DNA of 64,000 nt from assembly GCA_964230645.1 (NCBI GenBank), contig CAXRHT010000003.1, positions 704,001-768,000 of the forward strand. Reading direction: 5' to 3'. The notes beneath the pieces were generated by a model. It made no database searches and was not told the DNA's origin. It saw only the letters and a list, made by a program, of their open reading frames with translations. The stretch comes from Bdellovibrionales bacterium (lineage in GTDB: Bacteria; Bdellovibrionota; Bdellovibrionia; Bdellovibrionales; JAGQZY01). The position numbers and the translations under genes were made by a program. Position 1 is the first letter of the stretch; each line of letters starts with the position of its first letter. Shown in pieces: positions 1 to 10,223 of this stretch.

Positions 1-197
1 GCCCAAGAACTCAGCCTAAAAAATAAAACATTTCTTTACCGTTTCCCTCAAAGCGGCTCTAGTGCGGGCAGAACTGACAGTCAGTTTGTGTGCACTGAGT
101 TGAAGCCTCCTGGCATTGGTTGCCATAAGCAAGGAATTGTAATGGAATGAAGTCTAGACCCTGCTTTCAGGTAGGGCCATTTCCAAGGGGGGCTTTT

Positions 198-1520
198 TTG
201 GCTGAAGCTATTCGCAAAATCGTAATTGATACCAACGTAATTCTTTTTGACGCTCTTGCAGTGAATAAATTTAAAAAGGCCCATGTTTATATTCCAATCT
301 CCGTGATTGAGGAAGTCGATCGCTTTAAAAGAGACCCAGGGGAAAATGGAAGAAATGCCAGACACTTTAGCCGTTTTATCGATGTTCTGCGCGAAAAGGG
401 CAATTTGTCTGAGGGGATTCCAGTTTCCGATGACCCGGAATCCAAAATATTTATCACCACCGATAAAAAAGCCGAGGACATCCCTGATGACCTTTTTGAA
501 AACAAAGCAGACAATCGCATCTTAATGATGGCTTTGCATTTAAAGCAAAATGATCCCAATGCACAAGTGGAGCTGGTCACCAAAGATATCAATCTGCGAA
601 TTAAAGCTGATGTTTTTGGAGTGGTTGCAAAAGACTACGAGCCAGAGAAAGTTTCCTTTGAGGAAATGTACAATGGCCAAAAAGAGATCACAGTGACTTC
701 GGATCTCATCAACCAGTTCTATGAAGATAAAGTTCTACCCATTCCTGATGATGAAAAGCTTTACGCCAACCAATATCTTGTTGCTAGAGATTCCTCTAAT
801 GAAAATCACAGTGCCATTGGACGTTATGATGAAACTCAAAAAGCGATGGTGCCTCTAATCAGCATGAACGAGGGTATCTGGGGCATTCACCCCAGAAACG
901 TGGAGCAGTCCTTTGCTCTTGACTGTCTTCTTAATGATGAAATCTTATTTGTCTCTTTGGTTGGAAAAGCGGGAACGGGGAAAACTCTTCTCGCTCTAGC
1001 AGCCGGTCTTTATAAAACTTTAGACGAGGGTCGCTTCCAAAGATTGCTAGTGAGTCGTCCAATCTTCCCAATGGGTCGCGACATCGGTTACTTGCCTGGA
1101 GATGTTGAGCAAAAATTAAATCCATGGATGCAGCCGATTTTCGACAATGTGGAGTTTCTCATGGGAGCTGACAAAAAGGCCGCCGGTCGCGCACAGGAAT
1201 TGATGAATCAAGGAATGTTAAACATTGAACCACTGACATACATCCGTGGGCGAAGTATTCCCAATCAGTTTTTGATTGTCGATGAGGCGCAAAACCTCAC
1301 TCCTCATGAAATTAAAACCATTGTCACGCGAGCTGGTTCCGGAACAAAAGTTGTGCTGACAGGTGATTGTTATCAGATCGATAACCCCTATGTTGATAGT
1401 GCTACCAGCGGACTCACCTATTCTGTGGAGAAGTTCAAAGGGCATCAGATTTCCGCGCACAACACCTTAGTTAAAGGAGAGCGCTCTGAATTGGCGGAAT
1501 TGGCTGCAAACATTCTCTAA
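198..1520 (+). CDS. PhoH-family protein with N-terminal PIN domain (PhoH2/YlaK-like)
   Basis: PIN motif IVIDTNV, ELVTKDINLRIKA, Walker A GKAGTGKT, GYLPGD, RGRS, IVDEAQN, GD..QID. TTG start at 198 behind AAGGGGGG preferred over ATG at 147. Confidence 0.93.
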   Translation: MAEAIRKIVIDTNVILFDALAVNKFKKAHVYIPISVIEEVDRFKRDPGENGRNARHFSRFIDVLREKGNLSEGIPVSDDPESKIFITTDKKAEDIPDDLFENKADNRILMMALHLKQNDPNAQVELVTKDINLRIKADVFGVVAKDYEPEKVSFEEMYNGQKEITVTSDLINQFYEDKVLPIPDDEKLYANQYLVARDSSNENHSAIGRYDETQKAMVPLISMNEGIWGIHPRNVEQSFALDCLLNDEILFVSLVGKAGTGKTLLALAAGLYKTLDEGRFQRLLVSRPIFPMGRDIGYLPGDVEQKLNPWMQPIFDNVEFLMGADKKAAGRAQELMNQGMLNIEPLTYIRGRSIPNQFLIVDEAQNLTPHEIKTIVTRAGSGTKVVLTGDCYQIDNPYVDSATSGLTYSVEKFKGHQISAHNTLVKGERSELAELAANIL

Positions 1521-1574
1521 GGCTAGGGGTGGTCCCATAAAAATGGAGTTGTGGGCCCATCAGGAGGTGGCTTC

Positions 1575-2666
1575 ATGAGTCTAAAACAATTGTTGGGTCT
1601 TGTTTGCTTAGGAATTTTGACTCTTTACTTTGCCAAAAATATCAAGGTCACTGTCACGGGTGCTGAGGCAGTGATCGAAGAGCCTCGCTCTCAGGTGGAA
1701 AGAAACGTCGATGCTGAAGTGTCGCGGAAACCACTTGCCGAGGCTCAAACAACGAAGCAGAGCTTTGAGAGGCCAGAGAGCTTAAAGTCAGAGCTTAACA
1801 TCATGGACCAGATGGTTAAGCTGATTAACGAACGTAAACTTTGCGAATTTCTTTCATTCGCCCGTGAAAAATCACAGGGAAAATTTGAGCAGTGGCAGGC
1901 TTTGGAGAAAAGTTTTTCTGACCCTGAAATCCAAGAGCTGGAAGTTTTTCTTGAGGGTGATGTGGGAAATGCGTCAGCCTACCAGACAGAGGCGGCTCGT
2001 TTCTATCTTGTCGGAAAGCAAGTGGGAGCATTTGAGCGGCAAGTGACCAAAGAGCCTATTAACTTTGAAAAGGGCCTTGAGGAAGAAGACCAAAGAAGGC
2101 TTGAAGCCATTGAGGTTGCTAAAAGTACAAATCCTGACAATCTTTTATATGCGATGGCAAAAAATAATGTTTTAAGGCGCTACACTCACAGGGGGGAAGC
2201 TCTGGATGCCGAACTTTATGAAGAGATCACAAACAGTGAAGAAATAGAAAACCCGGTTTACTCCCTTCTACGAAAAATCTATGACCGCTCCAAAGATAAT
2301 GTGGCTCAATTTTATTTGTCCCAAGAGATTCTGGAAAAAGACGTCCGCCTGGATCGGCATTTTGTTCTACAAATTATTTGGTACTACTATTCTCAAGAAA
2401 CCAGGGCTCATATTCATCAACTTCTGGGTACTTATTTAGAGGACAACACCGATGCCGCTAAAACTTTTGGTTATGAGTCGAACCTCTATGAACTTTATAA
2501 ATATTCGGCTCCTCCCGAAATCTATGTAAACCTTCCGGAGAAGGACGAGTATGAAAAAGATCGGGAGCAGCCCGTTTATAGTCTTACAGACCTAAAGCTT
2601 GATCTAGAGTCGGGTTGTGACTCCAGCAAGGTCGAAGAGCTGGCGATCAAACTGCGCGCTCTCTGA
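1575..2666 (+). CDS. Hypothetical membrane-anchored protein
   Basis: Long ORF, ATG at 1575 after GGAGG, one N-terminal hydrophobic helix, no recognised motif. Confidence 0.75.
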   Translation: MSLKQLLGLVCLGILTLYFAKNIKVTVTGAEAVIEEPRSQVERNVDAEVSRKPLAEAQTTKQSFERPESLKSELNIMDQMVKLINERKLCEFLSFAREKSQGKFEQWQALEKSFSDPEIQELEVFLEGDVGNASAYQTEAARFYLVGKQVGAFERQVTKEPINFEKGLEEEDQRRLEAIEVAKSTNPDNLLYAMAKNNVLRRYTHRGEALDAELYEEITNSEEIENPVYSLLRKIYDRSKDNVAQFYLSQEILEKDVRLDRHFVLQIIWYYYSQETRAHIHQLLGTYLEDNTDAAKTFGYESNLYELYKYSAPPEIYVNLPEKDEYEKDREQPVYSLTDLKLDLESGCDSSKVEELAIKLRAL

Positions 2667-2756
2667 TTGGGTGGCTTTTGGCTGGCTAGACTTTCTAATT
2701 TCTCTCGCTTACTTATAATAAAACCTCACGATAACAACATTGAAGCGGAGGCCTTT

Positions 2757-3260
2757 GTGCAAAAGAAATTTATTTTAAGTTTGATTCTCGTCCCATTTAT
2801 CTTTTTAGCAGCCTGTGAAGATGATAACGATAACACTCCCACGGAGGTTGGAGTTTCAATCCCTCAAATATCTCTAACATGCTCCAATTCCGACGCAACG
2901 GCCTGCCAAGACGCAAACTCCAATGAGGATGTAATGTTTGTTTGGACCACGGCTGCATGCGATGAAATCAATGAAGACACCGTTCTTTACGCCAATACAA
3001 GCTTAGATCAATACCGCGTTATCTGTAATGGAAACGATTGTGTCACTGAAACTCAACCGAATACGGGCGTGTGGTTTGATAGCAGTGGTGATGTAACCGA
3101 AGTCATTCCAAGTTCGGCAACAACCGCCGTTGCCTGGATCGATTTCGGTGACAGTGGTGTTAATAACGATAATGGGCCCTCTGGTGGCGATGTTGTCTGT
3201 TGCCTCGAAGACCAAGAAAGTGATGTGGAAATGCCCTCTTCAAGCTGTCAGCAGCTTTAA
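2757..3260 (+). CDS. Acidic Cys-rich lipoprotein of unknown function
   Basis: GTG start after GGAGG, signal peptide with lipobox LAAC, mature part D/E/N-rich with several Cys. Confidence 0.75.
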   Translation: MQKKFILSLILVPFIFLAACEDDNDNTPTEVGVSIPQISLTCSNSDATACQDANSNEDVMFVWTTAACDEINEDTVLYANTSLDQYRVICNGNDCVTETQPNTGVWFDSSGDVTEVIPSSATTAVAWIDFGDSGVNNDNGPSGGDVVCCLEDQESDVEMPSSSCQQL

Positions 3261-3277
3261 TATTCAGAAATTGATCT

Positions 3278-3312
3278 AAGGCCCGTATCTTTAGGTGTGC
3301 GGGCCTTTTTTT
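3278..3312 (+). terminator. Intrinsic terminator
   Basis: AAGGCCCG...CGGGCCTT stem followed by a T run, just after the stop at 3260. Confidence 0.8.
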
Positions 3313-3456
3313 GTGTCTAAAATCTTCAAGGGCAAATTTTAGTGGGCTCTTATACAGCTCATCCTTGCGACAAGACAAAGAAGACTTTACACTTCCAAGC
3401 ACTGGAGATATTAATTCATCTCCGTCGCCTATAGGCGCTCAAACAGTGAGGAAGTT

Positions 3457-4653
3457 ATGAAAAATGTGACTATTTTAGCTTATTCCGGAGGACTCGACAC
3501 CTCAGCTATTATACCTTGGCTAATAGAAAACTATGACACGGAAGTGATTGCTTACTGTTGTGACCTTGGCAGTCAGCCGGAAGCTGAGCGCATGCAGCGT
3601 AACTCCCTAGCTTATGGTGCTAAAGAATTTGTCTTTGAAGATCTCAAGGAAGTTTTTTGTACGGACTATGTGTTCCCTATGCTCAGGAGTGGGGCCAAAT
3701 ACCAAGAGGATTATCTTTTAGGAACAGCCATTGCTCGCCCATTAATTTCTGAGCGTATTGCCCACTGTGCTCAAAAGCACGGAGCTCAATACATCTGCCA
3801 TGGAGCGACTGGGAAAGGTAACGATCACATCCGTTTTGAAAAATCTTGGGCTTATCTTGTGCCAGAAGTTGAAATCATTGCTCCCTGGAAAACCTGGAAA
3901 TTTAAAGGGCGCACTGACCTTGTGGAATATTTGAAAACCAAGGGTTTTGAATACAAAAGTAATGTTCAACCGCAATACAGTGTTGATACCAATCTTCTTC
4001 ATCTCTCCACCGAAGGCGGGAGGCTCGAGAATATTGGTGTAGAGTTTGATGAGTCTGATGTTTTCCAGTGGACAAAGCCCGAGCCCACACAAGAAGAAAC
4101 CAAATTGAGTTTTGAGTTTAAAAATGGAATCCCCGTTAAAATGAATGGAAAAGAGTACCGCGCTGATGACCTCCTCGATGAGCTGAATCAAATTGGTGGG
4201 AGACACGGGATTGGCGTCGTGGATCTCGTTGAAGAGCGAGCCAATGGAATCAAATCTCGTGGAATCTATGAAACTCCGGGTGGGACGATTTTATCCCATG
4301 CCATAAAACAGTTAAAACAAATCTGTTGGAGTCGTAAGCTCTCTCGTACGGCACAGATGCTTTCTCAAGAGTACGGACAGCTTATCTATGATGGTGATTG
4401 GCATTCGCTTGCGCGTAACTCGATTGAAGCCTTTTTTAAGGAAGCGGGGCAAAGCTTAACCGGAGAAGTTGATATTTTGTCAAAAGGCTCAAGGATGCAG
4501 ATTCTAAAACGTGAGAGTGTTTACAGCGTTTATAACCCGAAGGCTGTGAGTTTTGAGTCGGATCAAAGTAATTTTAACGAAGCTTCCAAGGGTTACACCC
4601 AATTTGTAACTCATCCCTCTAGACTTGAAGGGCGAGTGAGAAATCAAAAATGA
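3457..4653 (+). CDS. argG: Argininosuccinate synthase
   Basis: LAYSGGLDTS, YLLGTAIARP, HGATGKGND, GIKSRGIYETPG. Confidence 0.97.
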   Translation: MKNVTILAYSGGLDTSAIIPWLIENYDTEVIAYCCDLGSQPEAERMQRNSLAYGAKEFVFEDLKEVFCTDYVFPMLRSGAKYQEDYLLGTAIARPLISERIAHCAQKHGAQYICHGATGKGNDHIRFEKSWAYLVPEVEIIAPWKTWKFKGRTDLVEYLKTKGFEYKSNVQPQYSVDTNLLHLSTEGGRLENIGVEFDESDVFQWTKPEPTQEETKLSFEFKNGIPVKMNGKEYRADDLLDELNQIGGRHGIGVVDLVEERANGIKSRGIYETPGGTILSHAIKQLKQICWSRKLSRTAQMLSQEYGQLIYDGDWHSLARNSIEAFFKEAGQSLTGEVDILSKGSRMQILKRESVYSVYNPKAVSFESDQSNFNEASKGYTQFVTHPSRLEGRVRNQK

Positions 4654-5930
4654 GAACTCTTGATTCAGCCATAAATTCAAGCGACGAGGATATTCTTTAC
4701 CCTTTCACACAGGGAATCGACGTCGATCGTTTTCTGTATGACAGTGAAATTCGAGTTCAAAAAGCCTGGGCTGAAGCGCTCTTCGACATCGATATTTTTA
4801 CAAAAGAGGAACTTAATAAGGTTCTTGAGTGTCTTGATGAAATTCATCAATTGATGGAGGAGGAACGGTTTCCCTGGTCTGTCGCCGATGAAGATATTCA
4901 TATGAACATAGAAAGCTATATGACCGATAAGATTGGAGACCTTGGTAAAAAAATTCATATGGGGCGATCGCGTAACGATCTCATTGCGGCCACCTTGCGT
5001 CTTCATTGTGAGAAGCTCAATGAAAGTATCTTCCAGGAACTAGAGCGGGTAGGGAAGGCGATCAGTGAAAAGGCCTCCTTGTGGAAAGATATCACTATCC
5101 CTGGAATGACCCATCTCCAAGCCGGAATGCCAGTGGCGTTTTCAAAAGTTTTTTTAGCTCATGGCGAGTCCTTTAAACGGGATCAGCTAAGAATTACGAA
5201 CGCAAAACAGGCGAGTCTCAGTTATTGTCCACTAGGAGCCGCCGCTTTTGCTGGCACTCACCTTCCTATAGATCTTAAAAAGCTAGCTACAAAGCTTGGG
5301 TTTCAAAAAGAACTTGAGAATTCCTACGACGCTGTTGGTGACCGAGATTTCATACTGGAAACCCTCAATGCTTTTGCTCAAACAGCCGTGCACCTCACCC
5401 GATTTTGTGAGGAAACAATTTATTTTAGCTCCACCCAGGTCAATCTTCTAGAGCTTCCTAAGAATTTATCCACGGGAAGTTCCATAATGCCCAACAAAAG
5501 AAACCCCGATGTGCTCGAGCTTATTCGAGCAAAAATGGCTCGAGTGATCGCGGCTAGCAATGAAGGGATGCATCTTGTGCGCGTAGTAGTACCAAGCTAC
5601 GGCACCGATCTACATGAGCTAAAAAGAACACTAATGACTTCTTTTAACTCTTTAGTAGAATCTTTAAAAATACTTTCTCCTTTTATCAAAGGTCTTAACG
5701 CCAACTCGCAGGTTGCAAAGTCCATGCTTTCTCAGGGCCATATTTTTGCCACTGACATTACAAATCTCTTTGCGGCTGAAGGCTTGAGCTTCAGAGAAGC
5801 CTATAAAAAAACGGCTAATTTGGTTGAGAAAGCCAAAACGGAAAACAAACAAGTTCATGAAGTGTTGGATAAAGACTCTCGCAAAAAACTCGTTGAGCTC
5901 CTGCTAAGTAAAAATATCCAATTGCCCTAA
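4650..5930 (+). CDS. argH: Argininosuccinate lyase
   Basis: EDIHMNIE, HMGRSRND, PGMTHLQ, TGSSIMPNKRNPD. Overlaps the argG stop (ATGA). Confidence 0.95.
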   Translation: MRTLDSAINSSDEDILYPFTQGIDVDRFLYDSEIRVQKAWAEALFDIDIFTKEELNKVLECLDEIHQLMEEERFPWSVADEDIHMNIESYMTDKIGDLGKKIHMGRSRNDLIAATLRLHCEKLNESIFQELERVGKAISEKASLWKDITIPGMTHLQAGMPVAFSKVFLAHGESFKRDQLRITNAKQASLSYCPLGAAAFAGTHLPIDLKKLATKLGFQKELENSYDAVGDRDFILETLNAFAQTAVHLTRFCEETIYFSSTQVNLLELPKNLSTGSSIMPNKRNPDVLELIRAKMARVIAASNEGMHLVRVVVPSYGTDLHELKRTLMTSFNSLVESLKILSPFIKGLNANSQVAKSMLSQGHIFATDITNLFAAEGLSFREAYKKTANLVEKAKTENKQVHEVLDKDSRKKLVELLLSKNIQLP

Positions 5931-5954
5931 ACTTTTTCATAAAAATTGCAATCT

Positions 5955-6086
5955 TTATGAATCTGTTTGAATAACAGGAGCGGGAGCCAGCTCTTGGATT
6001 GTTTGGAAACGTTGGTTGAGAAGCCAAACCAGAGCACCTAGCACTACCACAGTAAGCACTATTAAATATATTTTATATTTACTCAT
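5955..6086 (-). CDS. Small (43 aa) single-TM protein, not in ORF track
   Basis: Reads MSKYKIYLIVLTVVVLGALVWLLNQRFQTIQELAPAPVIQTDS*, with GAGG about 8 nt upstream. Fills an otherwise empty gap. Confidence 0.6.
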   Translation of the reverse strand: MSKYKIYLIVLTVVVLGALVWLLNQRFQTIQELAPAPVIQTDS

Positions 6087-6247
6087 AGAACAAACCTCTC
6101 GCTCCTTAATTATAGTCAGAGATATTCGGTTGTAAAAACTATTTACAACGATTTTTGTAGTCTTTTTTCATGGAGCTATAGTTTTTGACTTCATCCTACA
6201 TTTTCGCCAATCTGGCGATCCTCTCACAATTTTCCTTTGGAGGATGG

Positions 6248-6976
6248 GTGATTTTTAGTTTATTAGGGCTAATTCTAAGTTTATCAAATGCTGTCTTTGC
6301 AGAACTCCCGGAGACTTGTGACCGAATCACAAATAAGACCGATTTCCCTGCTCAGACACAGAAAGTTTCCATGGATGAGAATTGCTTTTTGTTTGGAGAG
6401 ACTCTTTATGTTGAAGGCCGGATAGGACACCGAGTTTTTAAGACCCTCAATGAAAATCCACAGATCCAGGCTCTTTCTCTTCATTCTCCTGGAGGGAGCA
6501 CAGGAGTGGCTGAAAGGATCGGAGAACTGGTGAGAGAGCGAGGTCTTACCACCTGGATGCGTCCTCATGCGATCTGCGCCAGCAGTTGCACCCTAGTTTT
6601 CCAAGCCGGTATAAAGCGCTATGCTGGACCTGAAGGACTTCTATTTTATCACTGCACAGGCACGGGCCCTTTTGTGCGTATGATTTTGGAAAGAGAGTGT
6701 GGTCCGAACTATGAGGCATACACCGGGCAGTGTTTACAAGATTTGACTGATTTTATCGAGGTTACAACCGACTCGACAAAAAGGTATATGCAACAAAACC
6801 ACCTGGTCTATGGGATGGATCAAGAGTTCTATGATTACTTTTTCTCCGAGAAGGCTTTTGATGAGCGCTGGTTTGAAAAAGCAAACTTCTGCCAGCAGAA
6901 GGTCTCATTGGGCGTTCAGGACGCCCTGCGCTTCAATATTGTTCAGCAAATCGACGAAAGCCCAGGGGACCTCTAA
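6248..6976 (+). CDS. Secreted protein with ClpP/crotonase-like fold
   Basis: GTG start after GGAGG, signal peptide ending AVFA, LHSPGG and CASSCTLVFQAG..RY motifs. Confidence 0.65.
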   Translation: MIFSLLGLILSLSNAVFAELPETCDRITNKTDFPAQTQKVSMDENCFLFGETLYVEGRIGHRVFKTLNENPQIQALSLHSPGGSTGVAERIGELVRERGLTTWMRPHAICASSCTLVFQAGIKRYAGPEGLLFYHCTGTGPFVRMILERECGPNYEAYTGQCLQDLTDFIEVTTDSTKRYMQQNHLVYGMDQEFYDYFFSEKAFDERWFEKANFCQQKVSLGVQDALRFNIVQQIDESPGDL

Positions 6977-7119
6977 ACCTGTAGAGTTTTATAGTTTTAC
7001 TGATTTCACTTTCTTCCTGACTCAAAAGATTTTTCCAGTCAAAACTGGGCGTCGTCTTTAGCGCTATTCCGTTGAGCTGATAATTTTCTCGGCTTTAGTC
7101 TCAAATTGTGTCTCAAAAT

Positions 7120-7146
7120 TAAACCTTTCCCACGAATTGCCGAATA
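7120..7146 (+). promoter_or_regulatory. FliA (sigma28)-type promoter
   Basis: TAAA-N15-GCCGAATA upstream of the 7179-9110 operon. Confidence 0.65.
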
Positions 7147-7178
7147 GAACAATGAACAAGAAATGTGTGGGAGGCAGG

Positions 7179-7457
7179 ATGCTACTACAAGGTGATTTAC
7201 AAAAAGTTTTTGATGCTCTTTACCACTTAGGGGTTATTGATCCCGTTCTAGAGATGGACTGGGGTTCAGAGTTAGAGAAAATTGAACAACAACCCATGCG
7301 GTTAGCAAAGATCGTTGGAATTGTTAACTCCAATGTCGGAGACTACCAAGATCTTATGAACCAGCTGAGTCCTTTTGAAAGAGAAGACTTAGGACATTTG
7401 GCAATGGTTGTTGCCAAAGAACTTGTGGGTTTCCACACCAATCAAGTCCTTCACTAA
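7179..7457 (+). CDS. Hypothetical cytoplasmic protein
   Basis: ATG after GGGAGG, first gene of a tightly spaced three-gene operon. Confidence 0.75.
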   Translation: MLLQGDLQKVFDALYHLGVIDPVLEMDWGSELEKIEQQPMRLAKIVGIVNSNVGDYQDLMNQLSPFEREDLGHLAMVVAKELVGFHTNQVLH

Positions 7458-7466
7458 GGTGGATGT

Positions 7467-7970
7467 ATGAAAAGCTTTGTGCTGTTCTTATTAATTTGTG
7501 TTTTCAGTGTCGGCGGCTATGCTGACTGGAAAATTGATTTTTCAAGACGTCAACAAGATATGGTTGAGCTTGAAAAGCAGAAACAAGTTTATGAACAAGA
7601 AGAAAAAAGTGTCCTCGATATGGTGACTGATCGTCAGGCTCCTATGCAGGACCTTGTTATTATCAATACCGAAAAAGGTTTTTACCCTGATCGCATTCAA
7701 GTCAAAAGAGATCAGCGCTACCGTGTTCACGTAGTCAACGTTAATCAAGACAAAAAGAATTTGAGCTTTATGCTCGATGCATTTTCAGAACATCATGGCA
7801 CTTATTTCGGTGAACAGATCGTATTTGAAATAGAGCCTCGCAAAGAAGGACTCTTTGATTTTCAATGTCCTGAAACAAAGGCCAAAGGAAAGTTTGTGGT
7901 TTTTACTTCCGATGAGGCCATAGAATCTCCATTAGAAAGTGTACCTATTCGACGTCCGGCTTCGCGGTAG
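7467..7970 (+). CDS. Secreted cupredoxin-like domain protein
   Basis: Signal peptide, GFYPDRIQVKRDQRYRVHVVN...P.KEG.FDFQCP pattern. Only the Cys of a type-1 Cu site is evident. Confidence 0.7.
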   Translation: MKSFVLFLLICVFSVGGYADWKIDFSRRQQDMVELEKQKQVYEQEEKSVLDMVTDRQAPMQDLVIINTEKGFYPDRIQVKRDQRYRVHVVNVNQDKKNLSFMLDAFSEHHGTYFGEQIVFEIEPRKEGLFDFQCPETKAKGKFVVFTSDEAIESPLESVPIRRPASR

Positions 7971-7979
7971 GGGGGCTTA

Positions 7980-9110
7980 ATGTCAGCAGGTCGCGAAGAG
8001 GCATTTAAAGAAGCGCTTCATAATTATTTAGGCCCAGTGGTAAAATATCTCGAAGACCCCGAGGTCACCGAGGTTCTGATCAATGGTCATGAAGAAGTCT
8101 TTGTTGAAATGAAGGGTAAGCTCACCCGAGTTCCCGTTAAATTTAGCTCAGAAGACGAGTTGCTCGCCGGAATTAATGCTATTGCCAATTACGTAGGAAG
8201 AAGAATTACGACAGAGGAACCAAGGCTTGATGCCAGGCTTCCCGATGGATCTCGTATCCATGCGGTGATTCGTCCCTGTGCGCAGTCGGGGCCAACGGTT
8301 GCCATTCGTAAATTTAGCCAAGTGGAAGTGGATTTTAAAAAGTACATCTCTTGGGGAGCCATCACTCCCGAGGGGGCGCAGTTTTTAGAAATTGCCATGT
8401 TTCTTGGAAAGAATATCCTTGTCAGTGGAGGAACCGGTTCCGGTAAAACAACCTTACTCGGTCTTCTTTGCGGGAGAATTCCTCCCGGTCAGAGAATCAT
8501 CGTTATTGAGGATGCCTCTGAGCTGACTGTTCACTATGAACATGTGGTGCGCTTTGAAACGAAAACAGCAGACACCCAAGGCAAGGGTGAAGTCTCTATT
8601 TATGACCTTTTAAAAAGTAGTTTGAGGTTACGTCCGGACCGAATCATTGTTGGTGAGGTGCGTGGGGCGGAAGCTTTTGAATTGATTCAAGCGATGAACA
8701 CAGGTCACAAGGGGTGCCTTGGGACCATTCACTCCAACTCGGCTGAAGATGCTCTCGTTCGTTTGGAATCATTGGCTCTGGGAGCTGGTGGAATTAGTGA
8801 GCGAGCTTTGCAGCACTCCATTGGCTCTGCCATTGATCTCGTCATTCAAATTTCTCGTCTTCGCGACGGATCGCGCCGCGTCGTATCCATTTCTGAAGCT
8901 TTGGGAACCGATGAAAAGAACAACTACATTGTCCGAGACATCTACAATATTCCAAGTCTGAAGCTACAGCCTGACGGGACCCTAAAAGGTGATATTGCAC
9001 CCACCGGTTATTTGCCCAGTTTTATCAATGAGATCGAGGAGAATCGCATTCCCTTCCCTCGTAGCAAGTTTCGAAATCCTAACAAAAAGCCAAAAAAACA
9101 AGCATCTTGA
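7980..9110 (+). CDS. CpaF/TadA-family secretion ATPase
   Basis: DARLPDGSR, AIRKF, GGTGSGKTT, IEDASEL, LRLRPDRIIVGEVRG, AMNTGH. Confidence 0.93.
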   Translation: MSAGREEAFKEALHNYLGPVVKYLEDPEVTEVLINGHEEVFVEMKGKLTRVPVKFSSEDELLAGINAIANYVGRRITTEEPRLDARLPDGSRIHAVIRPCAQSGPTVAIRKFSQVEVDFKKYISWGAITPEGAQFLEIAMFLGKNILVSGGTGSGKTTLLGLLCGRIPPGQRIIVIEDASELTVHYEHVVRFETKTADTQGKGEVSIYDLLKSSLRLRPDRIIVGEVRGAEAFELIQAMNTGHKGCLGTIHSNSAEDALVRLESLALGAGGISERALQHSIGSAIDLVIQISRLRDGSRRVVSISEALGTDEKNNYIVRDIYNIPSLKLQPDGTLKGDIAPTGYLPSFINEIEENRIPFPRSKFRNPNKKPKKQAS

Positions 9111-9182
9111 CGGATTCAGTCATTGCTGAGCAATTCAAATCCTTCCTTGTTTTCTTCCTAAAATAACGGTTTAACAGAGACC

Positions 9183-10223
9183 ATGCAGGTGAGCTGTAAA
9201 GTCTCTTATTCAGTCCTAATATACCTCGAAAAACAAGGGGCCCAGTTGGATGCTTTTTTTGAAAGCTCCGACTCTCCGGTGGAGTATCTTAAAGATCCCA
9301 CAGGATGGCTTGATTTGTTCGAGATGGAGAACTTTTTAAGTGAACTCGCTGTGCATTTGTCCGAAAAAAATCCCGAAGCTTTTTACCGTGAAATCGGTCA
9401 GAATAATTTTGAATTAAGGGCCTGGGGCGTTTTGGACAGTGTTTTAAAGATGGTGGAATCCCCCAAGGATATTTTGGGTCAACCCGATCGTTTTCTATCC
9501 TACTTTTTAACTCCCCATCCGGAATTTGATATTCAGAAGAAATCTGACGATCAAATCCTACTTACTATGAAGGGTGAACCCATAGTTAAGCATGTGTTTG
9601 CCTACCTCATGGGAGCCGTTGAGGGTCTGCCACTTTATATGGGGCTGCCATTAGCTCATATTCAACACATCAGCGGTCGCACTTATAGTATCACCTGGAA
9701 TGATGACCAAGAGAGCCTTTTTGACGAACAGGAAAAGAAGCGTCGTCAGTTCCATCCTGAGATCGTGCAATCGGTTATGCAGAAGCTGCAGGTCAGCCCT
9801 GAGACCACAAGCTCTGACGTTATAGCCAGTGAAGCTTTTGAGCGCATGGTCGCCATTGAAGTTGAAAAAAGAATGGAAGCCTTTCTGTCTCGACAAAAAG
9901 AGTTTGATGAAACTTTTTTCAAAGTAAAAAATGATTTTTTCAAAATGTATGATTACTTCACCAGAGCGCAACAGATCATCACTCTGATAAGTCCAACGGC
10001 AAGAAAAGCTTCGGTCAAAGAAGCTATGCGAAGAGTGGACTGGGAGTATGTCCAAAAAGAATTCCCCGCCATGGTGGAAGATGCCTGTGATTCTATTTTA
10101 AGTTTGAGGGAAGCCTACAATTTACCGCAAGAGCCATCCCAAAAAACGAAAAAGCAAGAAGAGCCACCCGCGCGCCCCGATGACAACGATTTTTTAGAAC
10201 TGCAAGGAGGTCCTCATGTCTGA
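9183..10223 (+). CDS. Hypothetical protein, possible sensor domain plus degenerate kinase-like helical region
   Basis: 346-aa ORF overlapping the eno start. Domain resemblance judged by eye only. Confidence 0.75.
   Translation: MQVSCKVSYSVLIYLEKQGAQLDAFFESSDSPVEYLKDPTGWLDLFEMENFLSELAVHLSEKNPEAFYREIGQNNFELRAWGVLDSVLKMVESPKDILGQPDRFLSYFLTPHPEFDIQKKSDDQILLTMKGEPIVKHVFAYLMGAVEGLPLYMGLPLAHIQHISGRTYSITWNDDQESLFDEQEKKRRQFHPEIVQSVMQKLQVSPETTSSDVIASEAFERMVAIEVEKRMEAFLSRQKEFDETFFKVKNDFFKMYDYFTRAQQIITLISPTARKASVKEAMRRVDWEYVQKEFPAMVEDACDSILSLREAYNLPQEPSQKTKKQEEPPARPDDNDFLELQGGPHV

Noticed and set aside
110..125. TGGCATTGGTTGCC as a sigma54 promoter
   Set aside because: GG-GC spacing is 8, not 10.
5820..6030. 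Near-direct repeat TTGGTTGAGAA(A)GCCAAA in argH and the small ORF
   Set aside because: Short and imperfect, both copies are coding, and chance cannot be excluded.
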